Counted from the stretch's first letter, positions 37,218-46,595 are shown. The stretch is DNA of 64,000 nt from Magnetovibrionaceae bacterium (GCA_049603795.1 JBMYSY010000011.1:68687-132686), one strand, 5' to 3'. Notes: generated from the sequence alone by a model not told the origin. Numbers and translations: made by a program.

Positions 37218-40200
37218 ATGCGGTTCCTGCCAACCCTGCTGGTGCTCCTCTGCCTGGGATTGGTTCTGGGCCCCGGTATGAGCTGGGCACAGGCGGAAAC
37301 GGTGCGGGTGCGGACCGGGGAACACTTCGACTACAGCCGCCTCGTGTTTGATTTCGAGCGCAGTGTGGGCGTGAAGGTTGCCAAGGAAGGCGGCCAGGCC
37401 GTTATTCGCTTCGACCGTCCGGTAACACTTGATCTCAGCCGTGTGACCAAACGGCCTCCGCCCTGGGTCGGGGCCTCCGCCCAGCGGGTTGAGGGAAATG
37501 AGACGGTCTTGCGGTTTGCCATCGCGCCCAATGCAACCTTGCGCGATCTGCAATCGGGGACAAAGGTGGTTGTCGACGTGCGCGCGCCTTCGGACTTCAT
37601 GGAAGAGCCGGGCAGCTTGCCGCCCTGGCCCCAGGCGGTGGCAGCAGCCGAGCCGGTTGCTGAGCCTCAGCCTGAGCCTGCCCCTGCCCCGGAAGCGGAA
37701 GCCGTACCTGTGGCAGAGACTCCACCAGCACCCGGCCCGGAACAAGAACCGGCCCAGGAACCAACAGCGGCACCCGACCCCCAGACAAAAACAGCGACCG
37801 AGAGCAGCGCAGCGCCTCAAGCGTTTCAGCAGGCCGAACCGCCGGCCCTCCCGCCGCCCGACCAACCGGCGGCCCTGGAGCCGGAGCCGCCCGCGCCTCA
37901 GACCCAGGCTAAAGCTCCCGAACCCGCTCCGGCAGCGACACCTTCTCAGGCACCGGCACAGCCATTAACACAGGCACCTGCTCTGCCCGCGGACCCGGCG
38001 GCTCCACCATCGCCGAGGGCCGCTCCGGTTCAGCCCGTGGAAGAAAGCGCAAGCGCACCCCGTTCGTTGATCCCAGAGGGGCAGTCCGCTGCAGCTCCCA
38101 CTCCCGCAGCGACGCCTGCCGCCCTCCAGCCTGAAGGTGGGGTGATCCGGGATGGCAACGTGACCACCCGGCGAAGTGACAGTGGCATTACGCTGCGCTT
38201 CGATTGGGACGAACCGGTGGCGGCTGCGGGCTTCAGGAGAGCCGGCGTCTATTGGATCGTTTTCGACAAACCGGCCCGGCTGGACACAAATGCCATCCAG
38301 GCTTCGGCGGGGGCGGGCATCCCCTCGGTGGTCCAGGACCAGAACCCGGAAGGCACCGTGCTCCGGCTGCAAACGCTCAGGGGTTTCAATCCGACCGTGT
38401 CGCGCGATGGCCTGGCCTGGATCTTCGAGTTCCGCCAGCAGGGGCCCGGAGCGCCCAATCCAATTTCCATCGACGCCCAGCCAGAGAGTGTCCAGGGTCC
38501 GCGACTGTTTGCCGGTGTCGGGGAGCCGGGAAAACCGATTGCCGTCGTCGACCCCCTGGTCGGCGATAACCTGGCCGTGGTGCCGGTCATACCCTTGGGT
38601 GCCGGGATCAATGATGCGCGGGCCTATCCGGAACTTCAATTGTTGCAGGCGACGCAGGGGCTGGTGATCGCTCCGCTGGTCGATGATGTCCGCGTGCGCT
38701 CTCTGAAGGACGGTGTGGAGATTACGACGACGGGCGAGCTTGCCCTGTCTCCGGTCAGCGAAGAGCAATTGGCGAGCACCAACCTGGGGTCCGCTGCGAC
38801 CCTGAGCCGGGTCTTCAATCTGGCTGACTTCCGGGGCATTGATGTGCGGGAGTTGGTCAGCGAACGTCAGCGGCTACAATCCAACATCTACAGACTGAAC
38901 GCCGGTCAGGAGCGCGAAAATGCCAAGCTGGAGCTGGCTCGTTTCTATGTCTCCACCGGCTACGAGGCCGAGGCGCTCGGGGTGCTCTCGGCCATCGCGC
39001 GCGAGAACGAGGGCTATCTGGACACGGCTGAATACAGGGCGCTCCGTGGTGTTTCGAGCCTGTTCATGGGCCGCCTTGATGATGCGCGCATCGACCTGTT
39101 CCACCCCAGTCTGGAGACGGCGGACGAAGGCCGTTTCTGGCAGGCGGCGCTCGCCTATCGCGAAGACCCGCTGGAGGAAGCTGGCCAGGTCCTGCGTCAG
39201 ACCGGATCCTTGACCCGTGAATATCCGAAAGCCCTGCGCATTCCGTCCGGGCTGATCGTGACCGAAGCAGCCGTTTCTCTGGGCGATATCGAACTGGCCG
39301 AGAAGCTGATCGAGGCGTTGAATTCAGACATCCCGGATGCCGCAGATCAGTCCCGGATCGATTTCGTCGAGGGGCGACTGCGCGAGCTGACCGGAGAGTT
39401 CGACGAGGCCATCTCGCTTTGGGAGGGCGTGATGGACGGGGAGCACCGGCCCAGCCGGGCCAGGGCTGCCAGGGCGCGCGGGGAGTTACTCTACCGTCTG
39501 GAGCGCATCAGCCGGGCCGAACTGCTCGAGGAGTTGGAGAAACTGCGCTTTGCCTGGCGGGGCGATGAATTTGAATTCACCCTGCTTCGGCGCCTCGGCG
39601 ACCTTTATCTGGAGGAAGGGGACTATCGGAACGGCCTGCGATCACTGCGTCAGGCCGCGACGCATTTCCGCCAGAACCCGGAAGCGCCGGACATCACCCA
39701 GAAGATGGCCGATACCTTTGACGCGCTCTATCTACAGGGGGTGGCCGACGAGTTGCCGCCGGTTACCGCGATTGCGCTCTATGACGAGTTCAAGGAATTG
39801 ACCCCCGCCGGTGCCAAGGGCGACGAGATGATCCGCCGCCTTGCGGACCGACTGGTCGGCGTTGATCTTCTGGACAGGGCTGCGGACTTGCTTCAAAGCC
39901 AGATCGGCTTCCGGTTGCAAGGCGAACTGAAGGCCCGCGTGGGGGCTCGGCTCGCCCTGGTGCGCCTGTTGGCCCGCCAACCGGAACTTGCCCTGGAGGC
40001 GTTGGAGGAAAGCCAGGAAAGCAACATTGAACGCGAACTCGCCATTCAACGCCGCCATTTGCGAGCCCGTGCCTTGACCGAAATGGAACAGGGCGAGGCG
40101 GCCCTTGGGCTGCTGGCCGGTGACAAGTCAGCCGATGCGGAGCTACTACGGCTTGATGTTTACTGGCAAAGTCAGGACTGGCCAAACACAGCCAAGACCC

Positions 40201-40523
40201 TAAACAACGTTCTCCGCGACATGGGGGTCGACAAGCGCGAACCCTTGGATGAGCGCCAAGGCGAGATGGTGCTCAACCTCGCCATAGCCTATACCCTGGC
40301 CGGGAACGAGCGCGGCACGGCGCGGCTTCGGAACGATTTCGGCATGCAGATGATGGAGACCAAGGTCGCTGACGCCTTCCAACTGATTGCCGACCCGGAA
40401 AACAGGACCTTGATCGACTATCGCTCGGTGGCGGACAAGGTCTCGGTGGCGCGGAATTTCCAGTCCTTTATGGAAGCCTATAAACAGCGCCTCCAGGGTG
40501 GTCCGCTCAGTGCGATTAACTAG
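37218..40523 (+). CDS. Large periplasmic TPR protein (MotK/PflA-like candidate)
   Basis: Signal peptide, VRTGEHFDYSRLVFD N-domain, about 180-aa Pro/Ala/Glu linker, beta-rich region, long helical-repeat C-terminus; 2 bp after motB. Confidence 0.75.
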   Translation: MRFLPTLLVLLCLGLVLGPGMSWAQAETVRVRTGEHFDYSRLVFDFERSVGVKVAKEGGQAVIRFDRPVTLDLSRVTKRPPPWVGASAQRVEGNETVLRFAIAPNATLRDLQSGTKVVVDVRAPSDFMEEPGSLPPWPQAVAAAEPVAEPQPEPAPAPEAEAVPVAETPPAPGPEQEPAQEPTAAPDPQTKTATESSAAPQAFQQAEPPALPPPDQPAALEPEPPAPQTQAKAPEPAPAATPSQAPAQPLTQAPALPADPAAPPSPRAAPVQPVEESASAPRSLIPEGQSAAAPTPAATPAALQPEGGVIRDGNVTTRRSDSGITLRFDWDEPVAAAGFRRAGVYWIVFDKPARLDTNAIQASAGAGIPSVVQDQNPEGTVLRLQTLRGFNPTVSRDGLAWIFEFRQQGPGAPNPISIDAQPESVQGPRLFAGVGEPGKPIAVVDPLVGDNLAVVPVIPLGAGINDARAYPELQLLQATQGLVIAPLVDDVRVRSLKDGVEITTTGELALSPVSEEQLASTNLGSAATLSRVFNLADFRGIDVRELVSERQRLQSNIYRLNAGQERENAKLELARFYVSTGYEAEALGVLSAIARENEGYLDTAEYRALRGVSSLFMGRLDDARIDLFHPSLETADEGRFWQAALAYREDPLEEAGQVLRQTGSLTREYPKALRIPSGLIVTEAAVSLGDIELAEKLIEALNSDIPDAADQSRIDFVEGRLRELTGEFDEAISLWEGVMDGEHRPSRARAARARGELLYRLERISRAELLEELEKLRFAWRGDEFEFTLLRRLGDLYLEEGDYRNGLRSLRQAATHFRQNPEAPDITQKMADTFDALYLQGVADELPPVTAIALYDEFKELTPAGAKGDEMIRRLADRLVGVDLLDRAADLLQSQIGFRLQGELKARVGARLALVRLLARQPELALEALEESQESNIERELAIQRRHLRARALTEMEQGEAALGLLAGDKSADAELLRLDVYWQSQDWPNTAKTLNNVLRDMGVDKREPLDERQGEMVLNLAIAYTLAGNERGTARLRNDFGMQMMETKVADAFQLIADPENRTLIDYRSVADKVSVARNFQSFMEAYKQRLQGGPLSAIN

Positions 40524-40709
40524 ATCTGTTTTTTCCTTGGTTTGACTTGCACTTAAAAGATTTAACAATTCTTTTGTAAAAAAATTGTCACAAATCCCCA
40601 AATCGTCTCTTGAATCGGAGTCGCGGTTGGACGTACCTTCCGCGCTTTGTAATCGGGGCCTCCTGACAGGAGGTGCCGCTGAGAACGATTGAGAGGGACC
40701 ATAGACACC

Positions 40710-41123
40710 ATGGCCAATTCCGAAGCGGAGCGGGGCGATCAACAGGCCACCGCCGATTACTTCGTCGAAAAAGACGGGGTGCGCTTTGCCGGCGTGCATC
40801 TAATTGTCGAGCTGTGGGGGGCTCGCAGGCTGGCGGATACGGAAGGGGTTCGATCGGCGCTGATCTCGGCGGCCGAAGCGGCCAAGGCCACGGTGCTGCA
40901 CGATCACATGCACTCCTTCGGTCCCGGGCAGGGGGTCAGTGGCGTTGTGGTGCTGGCGGAAAGCCATATCTCGATCCATACCTGGCCCGAGCGGGACTAT
41001 GCGGCGATCGACATCTTCATGTGTGGCAGCTGCAATCCCTATGACGGCATTCCGGCGTTGAAGCGCTGGTTTGCGCCCGATAGGGTTCAATTGACCGAGT
41101 TGAAGCGTGGCCTGACGGAATAA
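40710..41123 (+). CDS. speD: S-adenosylmethionine decarboxylase proenzyme
   Basis: GVHLIVEL, GVSGVVVLAE/SHISIHTWPE (pyruvoyl cleavage site), DIFMCG; next to speE. Confidence 0.93.
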   Translation: MANSEAERGDQQATADYFVEKDGVRFAGVHLIVELWGARRLADTEGVRSALISAAEAAKATVLHDHMHSFGPGQGVSGVVVLAESHISIHTWPERDYAAIDIFMCGSCNPYDGIPALKRWFAPDRVQLTELKRGLTE

Positions 41124-41176
41124 GCGAAAAGGCCATCCCGCCTTTCCCTGCCCCCAATCCACAAATCGAGGAAGAC

Positions 41177-42040
41177 ATGGACTGGTTCGTCGAGGCCCTG
41201 CACGAGCTGCACAACCCCTATGGCTATGGTCAACGCTTTCTGGTGGACCGGGTGGTCTATCGCGACAAGACCGAATTCCAGGACCTGATTGTCTTCGAAA
41301 CTCCGCTCTACGGCAGAGTGATGGCTCTCGACGGGGTGATTCAGCTGACGGAAAAGGACGAATACTGCTACCACGAAATGCTCGTGCACGTTCCTCTCTT
41401 CGCCCACGGTGCGGCCAAAAGCATCTGCGTGGTTGGTGGCGGTGACGGAGGCATGTTGAGAGAAGCGCTACGCCACCCCGGTATCGAGCGGGCCGTTCTG
41501 GTGGAGTTGGACCGGACCGTGATTGATGTCTGCCGCGAGCATCTGCCGAGCCTGTCCGACGGGGCTTTTGATGACCCCCGTGTCGAGGTCGTGATCGCCG
41601 ATGGCGTGAAGTTCATGGCCGAGCCGGGGGAAACCTTCGATGTGATGATTATCGATTCCACCGATCCCATCGGTCCGGGGGAAGTTCTGTTTACCGAAAG
41701 CTTCTATGCCGATTGCAAGAAGCACCTGAACCCCGGCGGAATTCTGGTGACCCAGAACGGCGTTCCGCAGTTCCAGCCCGAAGAGGTCACAAATTCGTTT
41801 CAGCGCTTGAGCCCATCTTTCAAGGATGTGGGATTCTACCTGACGGTGGTGCCGACCTATGTCGGTGGTTTCATGGCCCTGGGCTGGGCAACGGATGACG
41901 AGAGACTGCGCCAGGTCCCGGTCGAGGTTCTGGCTGACCGGGTGGCGAAGGCCGGGTTCGAGACTCGGTACTATACGCCTGAGGTGCATAGGGCTGCTTT
42001 TGCCCTTCCGAGGTTCGTCAAGGACCTCATGCGGGGCTAA
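41177..42040 (+). CDS. speE: Spermidine synthase (aminopropyltransferase)
   Basis: LDGVIQLTEKDE..YHEM, VGGGDGG, IIDSTDPIGPG, YYTPEVHRAAFALP. Confidence 0.95.
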   Translation: MDWFVEALHELHNPYGYGQRFLVDRVVYRDKTEFQDLIVFETPLYGRVMALDGVIQLTEKDEYCYHEMLVHVPLFAHGAAKSICVVGGGDGGMLREALRHPGIERAVLVELDRTVIDVCREHLPSLSDGAFDDPRVEVVIADGVKFMAEPGETFDVMIIDSTDPIGPGEVLFTESFYADCKKHLNPGGILVTQNGVPQFQPEEVTNSFQRLSPSFKDVGFYLTVVPTYVGGFMALGWATDDERLRQVPVEVLADRVAKAGFETRYYTPEVHRAAFALPRFVKDLMRG

Positions 42041-42212
42041 AAACCGGTTTTCTAGGGTCGAATAATAGACCTAACTATCTGTAATTAATAAGCTTATCGG
42101 ACAAGTAGTGCTTTTGGATATTTGATTGTCCATCCTTTCAGGTGTAATTGGGAAAAAGGTTTTTTTTGGAAGGCAATAGGAGGTATGGCTCGTTCGCCAT
42201 AAAGACCTATTC

Positions 42213-42548
42213 ATGACCACCGATAAATGTCCAATCTCCGAAAGCAGGCCTATTGATCACGGACTGATTGATTGTGACCAGCAGACCTGTGCAAGTGTCC
42301 TCCAGGCCGTGGCTTCCAAAGGGCCGGTCGGCATTCGAATTGATCAGTTGGCAGAGGACTTTGATTGCGCCATTGGAGAGATGGGTAATCGATTGACCAC
42401 ATTCATCCAGCGCGGATTCCTTTCTGAATCGCCGCCCGATGTGGATTTGACTGCGGCCTATGAAGGAAGCATTCCCTGGCCTTGGGTTCGACTGACCCCG
42501 CAAGGTGCGGCGCAACTTGCTGCCCTTCTGCGTGCGCAAGCGATCTGA
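42213..42548 (+). CDS. Small winged-helix-like protein, paralog A
   Basis: Aligns by eye with 42703-43059 (LQAVA..GP.G.R.D.LA...F..RG...WPWVRLTP.GA.QL); MarR-like RG..LT..G spacing. Confidence 0.7.
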   Translation: MTTDKCPISESRPIDHGLIDCDQQTCASVLQAVASKGPVGIRIDQLAEDFDCAIGEMGNRLTTFIQRGFLSESPPDVDLTAAYEGSIPWPWVRLTPQGAAQLAALLRAQAI

Positions 42549-42702
42549 TAGCGGTTGCTGGACGCCCGCACAAAAAAATATTTCATAATTTCAATGGCTT
42601 GAATCGATATTTCAATAACCCTAACGATTTTGCGGAAAAAGGTTTCGACTAGCATGTATTTCTGTGGCATAGTCCCTCCCACGGACAGGAGAGGCTGCAT
42701 CT

Positions 42703-43059
42703 ATGACTGCCATGGTTGATCGAGAGGAAGACAGAAACAGACCCACCCCCACGCCAGGGGCCTTCGCCAGGGATATGGGCTTGGCGAGCTTAAGGGCTGT
42801 GGATGATCGGGCTCTTTTGCAGGCGGTTGCCACGGGTGGACCATTGGGTGTGCGGGTCGATACCCTGGCCATCACGAAACAATACAGCCTGGGCGAAGTC
42901 GCGGCCCGCATCGCAAACTTTGTTGAGCGGGGCTACGTGATGGAACTCCGGGACCAGATTCGCATGTCAGAAAGCATGCCGAACTGGCCATGGGTCCGCC
43001 TCACGCCCAAGGGTGCTGTCCAACTGGGCTACCTGGTTCGCTGCGGAGGGGCTACTTAA
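42703..43059 (+). CDS. Small winged-helix-like protein, paralog B
   Basis: AGGAGAGG upstream; shares WPWVRLTP motif with paralog A. Confidence 0.72.
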   Translation: MTAMVDREEDRNRPTPTPGAFARDMGLASLRAVDDRALLQAVATGGPLGVRVDTLAITKQYSLGEVAARIANFVERGYVMELRDQIRMSESMPNWPWVRLTPKGAVQLGYLVRCGGAT

Positions 43060-43088
43060 CGGAGGAAATCGGCGGTTCGGTCTATGGC

Positions 43089-44441
43089 TCAAGCCTCTCG
43101 CCCTTCGCCCTTCCGCCCGATTGTAAAGACCTCCGTCTGACCTTGAAGCCCGCGGACCTTTCGTCCGCCGAGGCTGATCCAGTTCTCTCCTTCGATTTTC
43201 TTGACCGTCAATTCGGACGCCAGCAGGCGCGTTCCATATTCCTTGTTCAGGGCCTCCAGTCGGGCAGCCAGGTTAACCGTGTCACCGTGAACGGTATAAC
43301 TCTCCCGTCCGCCGCCACCCACGGTCCCGGCCACAAGCGGACCCGTTGAAAGGCCGATCCGAATGTTCAGCACCTCGCCCTCTATCGGTCCATTCCCCAC
43401 CAGTTCAAACAGGGCCATGGCGGCGCGGTAAGCGTTTCCCGCATGATCAGGGTCTTCCAGCGGAACGTTGAAGGTGGCCAGGATGGCATCGCCCTGGAAC
43501 TGGGTGATGACCCCCTTGTGGTCGGCGATGATGCGGGCGGCACCGTCGAAATAGGCGTTCAGCAGCTGGACCAATTGTTGGGGTTCTTTGCGCGATGTCA
43601 GGTCCGTGAAGCCTTCCAAATCCGCAAACAGCACAGTGGCTTGGCGTTCCACCGGTTCCAGCGCCCCCCGGTCGGAGATCAAAGCCTTGGCCACGGATTC
43701 GGGCACGAAGCGACCGAAAACCTCCCTCAAGGCCCGTTGTTCTTCATCCAGTTCCAGCTGACGCCGGACGATCAGCCTTGCGCGCATCATGACGATCGCA
43801 ATCAACAAGGCGACCACCATGAAGGCGATGGCCTCCTGCACCCGGCTGCCGGTCCCGATGAAGAAGGGACTGAGGAACATGCTGTAGAAGACCTCGGTCG
43901 TCGGGTTGATGCCGATGTCAGACCAGTCGAAGCTGACCGGCATGTCTTTTACCGCGACGAAAAAGGCACCAAGCCAGCCGGTCACCCCCACCGCTCCGGC
44001 AAACAGCACCAGGCCGGGCGAAAAGCTGAAGGCCGCAATGGCCAGGATGATAAAGAAAAACGGGAAGTTCGAAGCTCTGAACGAAATCACCTGTGGCACA
44101 TCGACGCTATCGTAGATCGGCTGTGTCGCCATCAGGGCGGAGAGCAGAGCAACATCCAGCGCCAAGAACAGGTACTTCACCCAGAAGAGGTCAAATCTGC
44201 TGCCGATCAGGGCATAGTGCAGACCACCGAGGGCGGCAAAGACGCCGATGACCGCCAGAAACTCGACCACACGACCGGGGTCCGCCTGGCGCGACACCAA
44301 AAACCAAAGCGCCATCAGAAAGAGTGCAACCCACCGGCCCCGGATCGCCAGTTTCAGGCCCGCGCGCTCGGCGTTGCGGAAGGTCTCGGCGACCCGCTGT
44401 TCGCGTTCATCCAGGGCGGTTTTCGAAGCGCAGGTCCACAT
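43089..44441 (-). CDS. Membrane-bound class III adenylate/guanylate cyclase
   Basis: About 6 TM segments; FADLEGFT, FQGDA, IRIGLSTG, YTVHGDTVNLAARLE. Confidence 0.9.
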   Translation of the reverse strand: MWTCASKTALDEREQRVAETFRNAERAGLKLAIRGRWVALFLMALWFLVSRQADPGRVVEFLAVIGVFAALGGLHYALIGSRFDLFWVKYLFLALDVALLSALMATQPIYDSVDVPQVISFRASNFPFFFIILAIAAFSFSPGLVLFAGAVGVTGWLGAFFVAVKDMPVSFDWSDIGINPTTEVFYSMFLSPFFIGTGSRVQEAIAFMVVALLIAIVMMRARLIVRRQLELDEEQRALREVFGRFVPESVAKALISDRGALEPVERQATVLFADLEGFTDLTSRKEPQQLVQLLNAYFDGAARIIADHKGVITQFQGDAILATFNVPLEDPDHAGNAYRAAMALFELVGNGPIEGEVLNIRIGLSTGPLVAGTVGGGGRESYTVHGDTVNLAARLEALNKEYGTRLLASELTVKKIEGENWISLGGRKVRGLQGQTEVFTIGRKGEGREA

Positions 44442-44453
44442 GATGGCCCCGGC

Positions 44454-45209
44454 CTATCCTCCGAAGCTCTTCACCAGGCTGCCGACCACCATGAACCAGC
44501 CATCCACCAACACGAAAAAGATGATCTTGAACGGCAGGGCGATGATCACCGGGGGCAGCATCATCATCCCCATGGCCATCAGGACCGAACTGACCACCAT
44601 GTCGATGATCAGGAAGGGAATGAAAATCAGAAAGCCGATCTCGAAGGCGCGACGAAGCTCGGAAATCATGAAGGCCGGTACCAGGACCTCCATCGGACGG
44701 GATTCGGTGAACTCCTGGTCCGTGATGCCGGCGATATCCACGAAAAGGCCCAGGTCCTGCTCGCGGACATAGGTCATCATGAAGTCCTTGAAGGGCTCCA
44801 TGGCACGTTGGAAGCCCTCGAATTCCTCGATCTCGCCATCGACCACGGGGCGCAGGCCCTCGTCCCAGGCGCGTTCAAAGGTCGGCATCATGATGAAAAT
44901 GGTCAGAAAAAGCGCCAGGCTGATCAACACCTGGTTGGGCGGGGTCTGTGGTGCGCCCATGGCCGTTCGAAGAAAGGACAGCACGACAACGATGCGGGTG
45001 AAGGACGTCACCATGACCAGAAGGCTGGGCGCGAGGCTGAGCACCGTGATCAAGGTGACGATCTGAATGATGCGCGAGGTCGCCTCGCCACCCTCTCCGC
45101 CCAGGTCCAGGCTGAAGGATTGGGCAACAGCCGGCTCCGAGGTGAGGAGCAGGCCCGTCAACAGAGCGAGGAGGCCAAGGCATCCAAAGGAGAGCTTGCG
45201 GATCATCAT
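44454..45209 (-). CDS. fliP: Flagellar export protein FliP
   Basis: LSLAPS...TSFTRIVVVLSFLR, PPNQVL, PAFMISEL, GMMMLPP...LPFK; start set at ATG 45209 overlapping fliO stop. Confidence 0.96.
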   Translation of the reverse strand: MMIRKLSFGCLGLLALLTGLLLTSEPAVAQSFSLDLGGEGGEATSRIIQIVTLITVLSLAPSLLVMVTSFTRIVVVLSFLRTAMGAPQTPPNQVLISLALFLTIFIMMPTFERAWDEGLRPVVDGEIEEFEGFQRAMEPFKDFMMTYVREQDLGLFVDIAGITDQEFTESRPMEVLVPAFMISELRRAFEIGFLIFIPFLIIDMVVSSVLMAMGMMMLPPVIIALPFKIIFFVLVDGWFMVVGSLVKSFGG

Positions 45210-45601
45210 GAAGGGGGCCTCGACCGGAATTTCTGGGGCAACCGGGCCAGGTTGCCGGCAAATGTCGCGGAACGTGTCGTGGCATCGGGCGGCGGTCCGT
45301 CGGGGGTGTCGTCCGCCGGATCGGAAGGAGCCACGGGAATGTCGTTCTCGATCACGCAATCCCGTTCGCCACCGATCAGGACCAGATGTTCCCTGTCGTC
45401 GCGCCGGATCAGGACCGCGCGCCGTTTCCCGTCCAGCGGCAAAACCTCGACGATCCCGAGCCGCCGTTTGACCCGCGCATGAAGGCCGCGCTGCACGCCA
45501 TACCCCAGGCCATAGCGCCGTGCCAGATAGAAGGCGAGACCGATCAGCCCGAGCACAAATCCAAGGGCAAAGACGAACCGCAAGTACTGGACAACGTCCA
45601 T
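45206..45601 (-). CDS. fliO: Flagellar protein FliO
   Basis: N-terminal TM, RRLGIVEVLPLDGKRRAVLIRRDDREHLVLIG. Confidence 0.88.
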   Translation of the reverse strand: MDVVQYLRFVFALGFVLGLIGLAFYLARRYGLGYGVQRGLHARVKRRLGIVEVLPLDGKRRAVLIRRDDREHLVLIGGERDCVIENDIPVAPSDPADDTPDGPPPDATTRSATFAGNLARLPQKFRSRPPS

Positions 45602-45706
45602 GGGCCGAAGGCGCTTTCCTGAGACCCCGCCGATCAGGCCGGGGCGAATCGGTTTTCACAGAGGATCAGTTTAGCCCGAACAGGGCATTTGCGCAGCGCT
45701 CGTGCT

Positions 45707-45952
45707 TCAGCGTTGCGCGTCCAAAGCTCTTTCCAGGTCATCAAGGGCCTTGATCAGGCTCTCGACCGCTTCGGCACTTTCTCCCGGGGCAGGGCCTTCG
45801 CCGGCCTCAGCCATGGCGGCATCGCAGACACCGCGCACCGCATCCTCAATCGGGCTGAGATCGACGTCCTCGCCGGTTGCAATTGAATCAGCCGCAACGC
45901 TGATCATATCGCGAACGCGCTGGCAGCGGGTGGGGATGTCTTCTCCGGTCAT
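45707..45952 (-). CDS. Small acidic helical hypothetical protein
   Basis: 81 aa, 4-bp overlap with the upstream FlhB-C-like gene, GAGGAG RBS. Confidence 0.6.
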   Translation of the reverse strand: MTGEDIPTRCQRVRDMISVAADSIATGEDVDLSPIEDAVRGVCDAAMAEAGEGPAPGESAEAVESLIKALDDLERALDAQR

Positions 45953-46356
45953 GGCGTCTGCTCCTCTTCGACGAGACGATCCTGTTCCGCTTCGGCTTCG
46001 GTGCTCTGAAAGTCTTCTTCCGTAAACACCCGGTCGTCGCGGTTTGCCCGATAGACGTAGGTTAGAATTTCGGCGACGGCAGCAAAAGCTTCCAGCGGTA
46101 TGTCACTTTCCACATCCAGCAGTGACAGGATTTGGGCCAGATCCGCATCTTCGCGCACCTTCACGTCGTGGGCGTAGGCGATCTGCAGGATCTGTTCAGC
46201 GATGGCCCCCTTGCCACTGGCGACCACCTTGGGCGTTGCCGCTTCCTCGTCGTCATGTTGAAGGGCGACCGCAATCTGGCGCGGGGCCTTGATGCGCTTG
46301 ATCGGATGAGTGCCGGTCTTGTCCCGCTGATCCACCGGAGAAGTCCCTTTAACCAT
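45949..46356 (-). CDS. Stand-alone FlhB C-terminal-like protein (EscU/YscU family, FlhX/YlqH-like)
   Basis: AVALQ...PKVVASGKGAIAEQILQIA...VREDADLA...IP..F.AVAEIL.YVY. Confidence 0.85.
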   Translation of the reverse strand: MVKGTSPVDQRDKTGTHPIKRIKAPRQIAVALQHDDEEAATPKVVASGKGAIAEQILQIAYAHDVKVREDADLAQILSLLDVESDIPLEAFAAVAEILTYVYRANRDDRVFTEEDFQSTEAEAEQDRLVEEEQTP

Positions 46357-46375
46357 GGGCCATTGTTAACCGCGA

Positions 46376-46409
46376 CCCATTGTTCACCATGGCCCATTGT
46401 TCACCATGG
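46376..46409. repeat. 17-bp perfect tandem duplication
   Basis: CCCATTGTTCACCATGG x2, with TTAACCAT half-site-like motifs at 46349 and 46417. Confidence 0.9.
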
Positions 46410-46595
46410 CCGAGCGTTAACCATGACCGAGAAATCGTGCCCCCGTCCAGTGGGCATCCTGGCAGGCTCTGGTTTGCACTTTCTTAACGCTTGTTTACGC
46501 CTTGTTAAGGAAAGGGGCGGCAAAATCTGCCTATCGGAAACGCCGGGTTAACCCTGACCGACCAGAAAGAGACCCGGCGAAAACGGAGCAGTTCC

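Noticed and set aside
40553-40566. TTAA-aagat-TTAAC as a CtrA box before speD
   Set aside because: Spacer is 5 bp rather than 7 and the region is AT-rich, so a chance match is likely
40524-40709. SAM riboswitch upstream of speD
   Set aside because: I could not match SAM-II or SAM-SAH consensus elements by eye; an Rfam/Infernal scan would settle it
42041-43088. AT-rich segment as a mobile element
   Set aside because: No transposase, integrase, terminal repeats or target duplication seen
43443-45482. 679-aa plus-strand ORF
   Set aside because: Antisense shadow of the cyclase and fliP
44454-45659. 401-aa FliP with long N-terminal extension
   Set aside because: Extension overlaps fliO in another frame; ATG at 45209 gives a normal signal-peptide start
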